The notes under the pieces were generated by a model. That model searched no databases. It saw only the letters and a program-made list of their open reading frames with translations, and was not told where the DNA came from. A stretch of DNA of 64,000 nt from Eledone cirrhosa (Eukaryota), in contig OZ024743.1 of the NCBI GenBank assembly GCA_964016885.1, positions 296,050,001-296,114,000 on the forward strand, written 5' to 3'. The position numbers and the translations under genes were made by a program. This document shows positions 40,789 through 55,707 of this stretch, one piece after another (the first letter of the stretch is position 1; each line of letters opens with the position of its first letter).

Positions 40789-43700
40789 TCTTTCTTTATT
40801 TGCCACAGGGGCGTACAAAAATGGGACATTACAAGACCTGACGGTGGGGGTTTTACATAAAAATAACTTTAACATTAATAAATAACAATAAACTATACAT
40901 AATAAAATAACAATTGAAATCCCCAGTAGAGGAGAACGTTACTGCAGGGTTCTTTTACACCCCGTGGATAGAACGACCCTCAACACCAGGAACACGTTTT
41001 GTAGGTGTTCCCGTCTTCCCTCTGTTTATCTTCCTCAACTTACAGGTTTATATACAGAGAAAGCCCATTCATTCGGGCCATTTTTGCCACATTCACCCAC
41101 CTTTCAGCGAATTTACTGGGGTGTAGCACCCCTCTCTCCACTCTCATCTTCCTTCTGAAGTGATACTTAAAGAAGGGGATAAGTTGTTGTCCGGAGAGAA
41201 AGGTGTTTTCCCTCAGTCATTTTAACCTCGTCCACCATATTACCTCTTTCACCATAGCCACCAGACAGAGGAAAATCGCCTCTCCTTCGTTCTTAAATGA
41301 AGTCGGCGGGGTGAACCTCACGATGGACTCGGCTGAAAACTGGATGCGTCTCACACGTGACAGCGGCTGTTCGACATAATTCCACAGGTCGGTCACCCCT
41401 GGGCACTGAACAATTGCGTGCAGAACGGTTTCAATGTCCTGCTCGCATCTTGGACAGGATCTCTGCCAGGGCGTCCATGCCTGTAGATTTTGTCTCGAAC
41501 TGGTAGAGCTCCTCGGTAGCACTGCCAGGCGAGAGACCTCTGAAAGTTATCCATAAGCCCTGGACGGAAAGTCCTCTCGAACAGACTGGTCAGTTCGTCC
41601 TCCTCGATGCTTAGAGTCTCCACGAGAACGTCGTCGCACTTATCCTCCACTAACTCTGTATAGAATGTCGAAGTAGAGTCTCCGCTGATTGCCGTTTCCC
41701 CTTGGTAGACGGCTGTGAACGCCTGTAGGCACTCGAGGTGCCAGGCACCCATTTTCGGTCTTCGCTTGACCCAGTACTGCAGCTCTGTTACTGAGACGAG
41801 TTGTGGAAGAGCTTGTCTCACAAACGACAGCCACACCGGTTCACCGGTCAGGAATACCTGGAGATGGCGTAGCCTCAGCGCATGTTTGCGCATCATCAGC
41901 CACGGCATGCCCAGCCCTCCGTTAGAAGGGTGTTGACAGCAGATGGATCTCCTCTCCAATGCAGCCTGTTTCTTCCAAGGAACTTGAAGTGTAGGCGTTC
42001 CATTTTGGTAAGGTATTCGCGGGGGCAAGGCACGACTGTCAAGCGGTAGTAGATGACGGGCCCTATGTAAGTGTTCGCCACCTCCGCTCGACCTTTCAAG
42101 GAGAGTTTGCACTCAGCCCACTTCTGGGTGAGTGCAAACACCTTCGCCGTGACCTCGTTCCAGTTCTTGTCTACCTGGAGGTCTGGACCGAACCAGACCC
42201 CGAGTAATTTCACCGGTCCTTCCGTCCAGCGTCCAACGACACTGTCGGAAGGCATGTGTTTGCCTCTCCATGTGCCGAGTTGTTTGGGTTTAGTCTTGCT
42301 CCTGTCAACGTTTCGTATTCCTGTAATAGGTTGCTGATTACCCTGATTTCTGAGGTTTTCGACACCATTACCGTTGTGTCGTCGGCATAGGCTGACGTTG
42401 CTTTCCGCAGTGCTGGTTCGATCGGGATGCCCTGCAACAGCTCCAATTTCCGCAGTAACGGCTCGAGAGTCAGTACATACAGAATGGAGGAGAGAGGGCA
42501 TCCCTGACGGATGGAACGTATGATTTGGAATATCTTTGATAGGTAGCCATTCACCTTGACTGCCGAGCAGATGGTGGTGTGCATGGCAGCGATCCAGCCT
42601 CTGAAGACGGACCGAAGCCGGCCGCCTTGAGAACTGCTTCCAAGTATTGATGGTCGACCCTATCAAATGCCTTAGACTGATCTAAATTGATCAGAGCTCC
42701 ACCAAAGCCAGGTTTACACCCAACCCTCTCTATGATGTATCGCATGAATTTGAGGTTGTCGTGTATGGAACTGGTCGGGATTGCACACATTTAGAATTCC
42801 CCTACTAGGTTCTCGACGACAAGCGCCAGCCTTACTGCTAACACCTTGGCCAAAATCTTTAACTCTGGTTTGAGTAGAGTTATGGGCCTGAAATTGCTTA
42901 TCTCATCCCCCTTGTTCTCATCTTTCCTGATCAGCGTTACTACGCCTCTGCCTACAGAACTGGGAATCCTCCCGTTCTGCTGCCAGTTGCAGTAGACCGC
43001 TTCGAGGACGCCAGAGAACAAGTCTGGTATGCCTATGTAAAACTCATAGGGTAACCATCTAAACCGGGAGATTTGCGTTTCCCGCAGCGGCCTAGAGCAT
43101 CTATTTCGCCCGCTGTGATCGGCCTTTCGCAGCTCTCCGCATACCTGCTCGAGAGTCGCGGTACGCCGTCGAGGTAGGAGCTGAAGTCCATCACCTCGCT
43201 CTATGTCCCGCTTTGCCCGAACAGTTGTGCAAAATGCTGCTGGAAGGCCGCGCACATCTGCTTGGATTCAAGTATAATGCGTCCATCTTTGTCTTGCAAA
43301 GACCGAATTGTGGATTTGTTGCCACTCTTCGCCTCTGCCACTCGGGCCAGGCTAACAGCTTTGGCTCCCTCGTTTCTTAGAGCACGTGTTCTACTTCTGA
43401 CAATACAACCTTCGTGTTTCACGTTGAAGAACTGGTCTAGTGCCGTTTTCGCCGCTAGTACGTCAGCTGTACTGCCATCCCTAAGTGCCTCTTCTATTTT
43501 AGCTACCAGTTCCTTTTCAGTTTTGTTTTTTTCTAAAGCTACTTCCTTGCTAAATGCTATTGATTCTATTCTAATTGCTTTCTTGAGAGAGCTCCACCAC
43601 CTGTTGTTGACGATCGCCCCCGTCAACTGGCACTTAACTAAGGTGCTAATCCGTTTACTGTAGGCCTTACGCGCTGGGAGCGACATGTTTAGCTTCCAGT

Positions 43701-45296
43701 ATACGGGTCCCTGTCTATGTATTCTATCAAGGTTGACTACGCAGGTTTTGGGGGTTCCTCTTCATTCTCACTTGGAGATGTAGAGGTTCCCGTATCTGAG
43801 ACTTCTGAATCAGGGGTAGGTGGGAGGGTATGTTGTGTGGTGGAGTGTTTGTGCAGGTGTTTGTGGAAGTATTTGACAGAGGGGGAGAGGCAATGGAGGG
43901 TTTTTCAGTGGGATTTTGTGTGGGAGATTGTCTCTGGTCTGTGGTGGTGTGGGAGTGGATGTTGCAGGTGTTTGTCTTGTGTTTGGTTTGGAGTGTTGAT
44001 GTCGGGGTTTTGGTGTTGGTAATAACACCTTGTTTGTCCTCGGTTTGTTTTAGAGGGGGCAAAAGGCCTTTAAGTGTGTGGTTTTCCCACACTTATGGCA
44101 CTGAGGTCTTTTCCCCTCCACTAAAATGGAGATGACATCTTCCTCAAGGACGATCCTGTCCGGTATTTTCTCAATTCTCTCTGGCCTCATTTGTACCAGA
44201 ACCTCGATGCATGTTCCAAACCAGTTATGCCGGTCTGTCCTGTCTACAGATAGGAGGGTGTCCTCATCCTCCTTCGGGATGCAGCGTAGGATCCACCATA
44301 TGTTGACCTCTGCTGGGATCCTGGTTATTTTTATTTTGTAGAATGGTCTTCCCATGTATGTGGGGAAGAAAATGTGTTGATCCGTTTTTATTGGGTGAAC
44401 CGAGTGTTTTTGTGCTAGAGTTTAGCTCTTAAAGAGCACTGACACACTTCCATACTGTTTACCTCTTTGGAGATATGCGACGTCTGGCTGATGTCATTTA
44501 GTGCAGCTTTTATAGTGCTTGTTGGGAGCGTTATGGGTTTTTTGGTAGTGATGTCAACTTTTCTATAAATTAGCTTCTTTTTCTGTGTAATTTCTCTTAC
44601 TTGTGGGGGTATGTGTGTGTGGGGGGTGTCTCCCACAAACGTCACATAGTTGGAAGCTTCTTCCAAATATTGGGACTTTTGGGAAATGTCCATGGAGTAG
44701 TATTTAAAATCATGTTGCTTAGCAACTGTTGCTGCAAATGAAATTTTGTTATTGTTGTTGTTGGTGGTGATGGTGGTCTCATTCGTTGTGTTGCCACTGA
44801 TTCCTTTTATTGTGTTGTTGTTGTTCTCATTTATTGTGCTGTTGTTGTTGGTTGTGGTGGTATTCGTGTTTGCTACATATACTTCCTTCTGTGTGTGGAT
44901 ACATGTGACGTTTGTGACGTCAGGCGTGTTCAGTTGCTTACAAGCAGCTGAAGCTTGTTTCTCTTCTAAATGTTGAGGCGATAATGTTGGCATTCCTTTG
45001 TCCATGTCTGCTACTACCTGCTGGTCAAGTAGGCATCTTCTTGTTTTGACAAAAAAGTAGGTGCCTTTACTTCAGCCATTTTAAAAAAATTGAAGCGTTT
45101 TCCAAAATCTTTTTTTCGAAAATATTGTGGATGTTTTTGCCCTGAGGGGCACGGTATTTTGGGAGAGTGACCAGATCAAAATTTGACCTGTCAGTCCCTC
45201 TACAAATTGGTATAAAAATAAAAGTTCACAATGACGAATTTCTAATGAAATTTAAACAAAACTTACCGAGCAAGTTTAACACATGTGTCCATCCCA
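40789..45296 (-). mobile_element. Tx1-like LINE E4 (5'-complete, endonuclease deleted)
   Basis: ORF1 remnants with zinc knuckle CHKCGKTTHLKAFC. ORF2 resumes at ~43746 (TCVVNLDR..YWKLN). RT motifs NFRPITLL, LDQSKAFDRVDH, RQGCPLS, YADD. 5' end tgggatggacac abuts GATA. Confidence 0.92.
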
Positions 45297-45306
45297 GAGA
45301 TAGATA

Positions 45307-48300
45307 ACTTTCTTTTTATTTGCCACCAGGGCATCAAAAAGTGGGACAAGTACAATGGGGGGAGTTTACATAAAAAGGCGTCCTCAATAAGGAGGAGGCA
45401 ATAACAATATATAAAAAATAATATATAAAATATAACAAAAATAAATTTAATAACAAAATCCTCAATAGGGAGGAGGCGCCTTGGGGGGTCGCACCCCCCC
45501 CACCGAAAAAAGTGTGCAACCCTTCTCCTTAGGAGCACAGAGAGGGGGTGCTCCCTTGATCTTTCATCTTCCTCACCTATAGTCTGATGTAGAGTGAAGG
45601 CCCATTCACAAGGGCCATTCTCGCCACTTTCACCCATCTTTCATAAAAACGCCTGGGGTGCAGCACCTCTCTCTCAATTCTGATCCTTCTTCCGAAATGA
45701 TATCGGAAGAAACGGACCAGTTGTTGGCCAGAGAGAAAGGTGTCTGACCTCAGTCCTTTCAGACACGTCCACCATACAACTTCTTTCGCCATGGCTATTA
45801 CGCACAGAAACACCGCCTCTCCTTCGTTTTTGAAGAGGGGAGGCGGCTTGATCGTTACATTAGACTCGGTAGTCAACCGGATCGGTCCCACCCTTGACAG
45901 CAGACATTCGACATAGCCACACAGATCGGCAATGCCCGAGCAGTGTACCAATGCGTGTGCAACGGTTTCCTCGTCGGACACGCATCTGGGACAGATCTTT
46001 TTCGAGGGGTGCCTGCCCGGGCGCCCGTGTCTGTAGAGCCTTTCTCGAGCAGGCAGAGCCCCTCGGTAGCACTGCCAGGCCAACGACCTCTGGAAGTTAT
46101 CCATGGGTCCCGGGCTGAATGTCCTACCGAACAGGTTGGCCAGTTCGTCTTCCTCCATGCCTAGGGCTTCTCCGAGGGCGTCGTCGCACCTGCTAACCAC
46201 CAGCCCTCTATAGAATGACGAGGTGGATTCTCCACTGACATCCGCTCCGCCTGCCAGAGAGCCGTAAGCGTCTAGGCACACTCGGTGTGCCAGGCGCCCA
46301 GTTTTCTTGGTCTTTTCTTGACCCAGGATTGCAGCTCGGTGAGCGAGACGAGTCTCAGAAAGGCTCGCCTCACAAACGGGGCCCTCACCGGTTGACCAGT
46401 GAGGAATACCTGGAGGTGCCGTAGCCTTAATGCGTGTTTACGTATCATTAGCCACGGCATCCCCAGCCCTCCTTTCGAAGGGTGTTGACAGCAGATGGAT
46501 CTCCTCACCATAGGAGCCCGCTTCTTCCAGAGGAATTGTAAGAGTGCGCGCTCCATTTTGGCGAGCGTTTCCCTTGGGCAAGGCACGACGGTCATGCGGT
46601 AGTAGATGACGGACGCTATATAAGTGTTCGCCACCTCCGCCCGACCTTTCAGGGACAGTTTGCACTCGGCCCACTTCTGGGTCAGTGCAAGCACCCTGTT
46701 CGTGACCACACCGCAGTTCTTCTCCACCTGGAGATCTGGTCTGAATCAGACCCCGAGCAACTTCATCGGGCCCTCCGTCCAGCGCCCGACGACGCCATCG
46801 GAGGGCATCGATCTACCCCTCCACGTGCCAAGTTGCAGACTGATCGACTTGTCCCGGTTCAGCTTAGCCCCTGTAAACCTTTCGTACTCTTCCAGTAAGG
46901 TGCCGATCGCTCCGATTTCCGAGGCCGTCGACACCATTACTGTTACGTCATCGGCGTAGGCCGACACCGCTTTCCGCAATCCCGGTTCCAACGGGATGCC
47001 CTGCAACAACTCCAACTTCCGCAGCAGTGGCTCTAGAGTCATTACATACAGAAGGGAAGTGAGAGGGCACCCTTGTCGGATGGACCGCGCGATATCGAAC
47101 GGCTCCGAGAGGTAGCCGTTCACCTTGACCCTAGAGCAGATGCGGCTGCTGTGCATGGCAGTGATCCAGCCCCTGAAAACGGGTCCGAAGCCTGCCGCAT
47201 CTAGCACCGCATCCAGGTAACCATGGTCGACCCTATCGAACGCCTTAGATTGATCCAAGTTGATCAGGGCCCCACCAAAGCCGGGTTCTTTCCCAACCCT
47301 CTCTATGATGTATCGCATGAGGTGGAGGTTGTCGTGGATGGACCTGGACGGGATAGCACATGTCTGCGCATCTCCCACCAGGTTGCCCACGACAAGCGCC
47401 AACCTCTTTGCTAGCACCTTGGTCAAAATCTGTAACTCTGTATTAGCAGAGTTATGGGCCTGAAATTATTTATATCGTCCCCCTTGTTCTCGTCCTTCCT
47501 CACTAGCGTGACTACACCCTTGGTCACAGCACAGGGAATTCTCCCGTTCTGTTGCCAGTTGCAGTAGACCGCCTCGAGGAGATCGGGGAACAAGTCCAGC
47601 ATAGCTAGATATAGTTCGTATGGAAGACCATCGAGACCCGGGGATTTACGTTTGCCGCATTGGCTCAGCACGTCCTCTATCTCAGCGGTTGAAATCGGCT
47701 CCTCGCAGGACTTCGCCTCCCTGTCCGAGAGACGCGGCAGGCGGTCGAGGTATGGATCGAAGTCCACTTCCCCAACCGGTTCCTCGCCCCTTCCGAACAA
47801 TCTGGCCCAGCTAACAGCTTTGGTCTCCTCGTTTCCCAGAGCACGTATTTTGCTTCGGACTATGCAGCCTTCGTGTTTCGCGTCGAAGATCTGGCCCAGG
47901 GCCGTTATCGACGGCCACGTCGCCGCTTCTAATTGCCTCTTCTACACTATCTACCAATTCCCTTCCCTTCCTATTTCTACTAATTTCTACTACAAATCCT
48001 TACTAAATTCTATAGAGACTACTCTAATCTCTCTTTTGAGAGATCCCCACCACCTGCTGTTGACGATGGCGCCCGTCAACCGCTCCTTAACTAAAGTGTT
48101 AATCCGGTCCCTGTAAGCCTTACTTGCCGGTAAGGACAAGTTAAGCTTCCAGTAACCGGGTCCCTGTCTATGCGTTCTGTCAAGGTTGACCATGCAGGTC
48201 ACTAACTTGTGGTCTGAATAGCCAACCATGAGCATTTTTGGACAACTTAAAAAGTCCTTATCCTTATTTCTAACTAAGAACCTATCTAGGTACGACCTCG

Positions 48301-50893
48301 ATGATCCGCTACGGTTTGCCCAAGTCCAGGTTGGCGCAGTCGGAAAATCTAGTCGATATCTATCGGCCAGGTCAAATCGACCGATTATCTCTATCGGGAC
48401 AGGCCCCTACGTAGTCCCAACGTGCATCTAGGATACCATTCCAGTCCCCCACTAATAGCAAGGAGCGGGACGTCCCTAGAAAAGTCTCCAGACGATGGAA
48501 GAAGTCCGGCCGCGTTGACCCGAAAGGGCCGTAGACGGCTACCAGCCTAAACGCTCCGCCTTCACCACTGCCAAGGTCCAGAACCACTAGTCGACCCTCC
48601 GGGTACAAATGTACCGTCTGTGTTGCGAGACCCAGATGTTTTTGCAGCAGAACGACAACTCCACCCCCACCTCCGGGCTGACAGAGAGATGCCTGCATCT
48701 CAAAGTCATTAAAGGTGGGGGCCAGCTGTCGCACGTTGCTGATCCGGGCCTCGCAAATAACCATCACATCTATATGTTGTGACCTGAGGTCATTTAGAAG
48801 CATTGCTTGCTTCCAAGTTGAGCCCAGGCCACGCGCATTTAGACAGCCTACTCTTAGCATAGCCATGTTGGTGGTGAAGAGAAAAGGCACTTACCTCTCT
48901 GCGTCCCGGGTATCGGGCTGCACAATTTCCATGAGGGTGGGGGATGGGTTGTTGGGTGGGGTGGTGGTTTGTGGAAGTGTAGGGGCATCAGTGTGTTGTG
49001 TGGTTGGGGTGTTTGGAGTTGTATGGGTGTTTGGGGAGGGGGTGGGGAAGTTTTTTTAGGAGGACGCTATTAATGGGCCCTACGCGGGGGAGGAGGGGGG
49101 AGGGGGGCACGCCCTCTTTAAAGTTGTTTTTTAGTGTTTTATATGTGTCCTCTGGGGCCTTAATTATTTTGAGGTGGGGGAAATCTCCTGCCTGGGTGAA
49201 GTTAGGCTCTTGGGTTACTAAATTGTTGTTGTATACAATGTTTAGCAGTTTTTTTATTTCTTGTGTTTCTGTATGTGTATGCATGTTTTTGTTTCTGTGT
49301 GGTGTTTTTTGTTTGCTGTTGTTGTGTGCTCTTTTGTGTTGGTGTCAGTGTTATGTTTTGGGGAGGGGTTGTTTTCATTTGTGTGTCTGAGTTGTGTTTT
49401 CTTTGTTTTCTTTTGATTGTGTGGAAGTGCTCCTCCTCGTCTGACGACGAACGAGGGTCATCTTCCGCGTTGAAGGGGAGGGGTAGATTTTCGGGTTGTG
49501 TTTGCGGTGCGGGTATTTTGGAAATTGTTTTTTTTTAGTGGGGGGATGGGTTGGACAGTGTTTTGTTTTGGTTTGAGCTGTGGTTGTTGTTTTTGTAGTG
49601 GTGGTTGTGGTGATTGTGTTGGTTGTGCAGTTGTTGGTGGTGTAGGCAGGATTGGGGTTTTCTTTTTAAGTTGAGGACAGACAGCCCTCATGTGACCTCT
49701 GACTCCACAGAGGTAACACGAGGGCCGCCTACCCTCAACGGTAATGTTGATAAAAGTTTGATCATCCAGTATGACGTGTTCAGGGATCTGGGCGATCCTT
49801 TCGGGCCTCATTTGAACTACAAGTTCGAGGCCCAGTCCACTGAACGCGTCACCCGATGCCTTTCCCATGGATATTAGTGTGTCATCGTCTAGGTCCAGGA
49901 AACCTGTCAATACCCACCATATGTCCATAATCAGAAGGATTGTGTGCATTTTTATTTTTTGTAACCTTCTACCCATGTACGTAGGGTAGAAGGTGTATGC
50001 GGTGGATGTGATTGGTTTTATGGACAGTTTCATTGCTGTGTCCCTGTCCTTCATGAGAATGGATAGACTCCCGTAGAGTCTATCCTTCTGAATGAATATG
50101 ATGTTTTTCATGACATCTTTTAAAACCAGCTCTATCTAACTCTGTGATGGTTGAGCTGGTTTTTTGCTTTTGTTTGAGACTGTCCTAAACATGTTTAGGA
50201 GTCACTGGCATTTTAGTTCCGGGGGAGGGGGGATAAAAAATGATCCATTTTTCCCCGTATACTGTATTTTTTGGCAACTGCCAGTAGCTCCTTCGCTTTG
50301 CTTATATCTACTGGCAGATAGTCGAGGGTTTTCCTTGCCGTCTGGGCGAAGGAGACCTTTTCCTTGTTTGTGTTGCTGTTGTAGTTGGTGGTGTTGTTGT
50401 TATCACTGTTGTTGTTATCATTGTTGTTGTTATCATTGTTGTTGGTGTTGTTGTTTCTGTTGTCTTTATTGTTGCTGTTGTTGTCGTTGTTGTTGTTGTT
50501 GTTTTCGGTTTCTTGTGTCGTTGTGGCTACATCAAGTTGTCGGTCAGCAGGTGGAGAAAGTTCTCCCTCTGGCTGACCTCTGCTTTTGGCAGCTGCTGCT
50601 GTGCCAGTGGCAGGGGGAAGCTGTGAGTTTAGCTTCCCTTTTCTTTCTTTGAATGTTGGTGAAGCTGCTTCAGCCATTTTTATCAAAGAAGGAAATTTTT
50701 CGAAAGATAACAATTTTTTTTTTCAACACAATTTCGCCTAAAGGCGTAGAATAATTTGAGAGACTGACCAGATCAAAATTTGACCTGGCAGTCCCTCTAC
50801 AAAATGGTACAAAAATGAAGGTTTACAGTCAAGAATTTCTGTAGAAATTTAAGCAGAACTTACTCAGCAAGTTTCACGCGTGTGTCCATCCCA
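45307..50893 (-). mobile_element. Tx1-like LINE E5 (near full length, decayed)
   Basis: ORF1 (MAEAASP.. from ~50677; knuckle CYLCGVRGHMRAVC). ORF2 APE endonuclease (LNARGL, VYGP, GDWN, LDRFL, SDH), RT (KSPGLDGLPYE, DQSKAFDRV, QGCPL, YADD) and zf-RVT-like end. Multiple frameshifts. Confidence 0.94.
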
Positions 50894-50894
50894 G

Positions 50895-50925
<31 letters not shown>

Positions 50926-51708
50926 TGTTTCTTTTATTTGCCACAAGGGCATCAAAAGTGGGACAAGTACAATGGGGGGAGTTTACAAAACAAGGCGTCC
51001 TCAATAGGGAGGAGGCAATAACAATATATAAAAATAAAATAAAATATAACAAAAAATAGAATTATAACAAAATCCTCAATAGAGGATTTTGTTATAAAAT
51101 ATAACAAAAAATAAAATTTATAACAAAATCCTCAATAGAGAGGAGGCGCCTTGGGGGGTCGCACACACCCCCGAAAAAGTGTGCAACCCTTTTCCTCAGG
51201 AGCACAGAGAAGGGGTGCTCCCTTGGTCTTTCATCTTCCTCACCTATAGTCTGATGTAGAGTGAAGGCCCATTCACACGGGCCATTCTCGCCACTTTCAC
51301 CCATCTTTCATAGAAACGGCTGGGGTGCAGCACCTCTCTCTCCATCCTGATCCTTCTTCCGAAATGATATCGGAAGAAACGGACCAGTTGTTGGCCAGAG
51401 AGAAAGGTGTCTGACCTCAGTCCTTTCAGACGCGTCCACCATACAACCTCTTTCGCCATGGCTATTACGCACAGAAACACCGCCTCTCCTTCGTTTTTGA
51501 AGAGAGGAGGCGGCTTGATCGTTACAATAGACTCGGTGGTCAACCGGATCGGTCCCACCCTTGACAGCAGTTGTTCGACATAGCCCCACAGATCGGCAAT
51601 GCCCGAGCAGTGTACCAATGCGTGTGCAACGGTTTCCTCGTCGCACACGCATCTGGGACAGATCTTTTTCGATGGGTCCCTACCCGGGCGCCCGTGTCTG
51701 TAGAGCCT
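50926..51708 (-). mobile_element. Tx1-like LINE E6 (5'-truncated, E5 subfamily)
   Basis: Closely similar to the 3' 0.7 kb of E5. (GATA)n at 50894-50925 and 51709-51748. Confidence 0.92.
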
Positions 51709-51748
<40 letters not shown>

Positions 51749-52059
51749 CATGATGGGACGGAGAGAGGTAGAATAGTAGTGGAATATATAAAGAGGTAGG
51801 GAATTAGGTAAATAGATAGACAGTTATAAAGATAGGCTAGTATGTAATTACGATTGTATGTAATTTGATAATTAGTTATATTGGCAATTAGATAGTTTGG
51901 CAGATGTGCAAGACAGAAAACAGATTGAAAAGTTGTATGTATAAGTTATACAAGATAGCAAAAATAAATAATAGTTGTAACATATGAGAGAATATAATTT
52001 AAAAGAAATAGCAAATCAGGAGAATGCTATTTAGAAGGAATGACAGATTAGAAAAATAG

Positions 52060-54915
<2,856 letters not shown>

Positions 54916-54919
54916 GAAT

Positions 54920-55166
54920 AGAGAATACAATTTAGAAGTGGAATATCAGAATAGAAGAGAGAATACAATTTAGAAGTGAACTACCAGAATAGTATAAAGA
55001 ATACAAATTAGAAGTGGAATATCAGAATAAAGGAGAGAATACAATTTAGAAGTGGAATATCAGAATAAAGGAGAGAATACAATTTAGAAGTGGAATATCA
55101 GAATAAAGGAGAGAATACAATTTAGAAGTGGAATATCAGAATAAAATAGAAAATACAATTGAGAAG
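54920..55166. repeat. 38-bp minisatellite (~6.5 copies)
   Basis: Unit gaatacaatttagaagtggaatatcagaataaaggaga. Confidence 0.92.
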
Positions 55167-55184
55167 AAATGAATTTAGTAGTAA

Positions 55185-55707
55185 CTAGCAGTAAAGCCCG
55201 GCGTTGCTCGGGGTCGCTCAGTAGCTGTGTTAAAGTTACAATGTTAAGTTTCTTTCTTGGCTTAAAAACTGTAGTGTCTACTGTGCAGACTTGCATGTGG
55301 TGTTTTTGATTAATATTCCCTCAACCAACAATATGCCTTATGAAGTTAAGAAAACATAACGATAACCCGAATGTTATAACAAAAGAGGATGCTGGGGATA
55401 AAAACTGCACTGGTTATTTATTAACAAAGATCGAAAATGTAAACACTGCAACGCAGAGAAAAACAACGTAAGACGCTCAATGTAAACAGAACAAAGGGAA
55501 ATAACTCGTCACTTACGCTCAAAAATCGATACATTAGATTCGATTTCGTCACATAGGGTGGGTCAATCTGAAATTTTTTTTCCGATGTCTTCGCTAGGGC
55601 TCAATGTACAAGTATAGCAATTTCGGTGCAATTCCGTGAGAGATTCTAAGAGGAGATGTGTGCCAAAAATCGATAGACAGACAGACAACCACAGCTTTAT
55701 ATATATA
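55185..55707 (-). mobile_element. Complete ~523-bp non-autonomous mini-Helitron
   Basis: Ends in hairpin + CTAG|T at 55188-55185. Built from the 5' ~235 bp and 3' ~280 bp of the large Helitron. Its 5' TC is missing at the junction. Confidence 0.88.

Noticed and set aside
48885-48900. AGGTAAGT splice donor at the ORF1/ORF2 boundary of E5
   Set aside because: Probably overlaps the ORF1 TAA stop. Only one copy retains the region and no acceptor was defined.
54920-55166. CRISPR-like array (also 6913-7083)
   Set aside because: Contiguous tandem units with no unique spacers, no cas genes, and a eukaryotic context.
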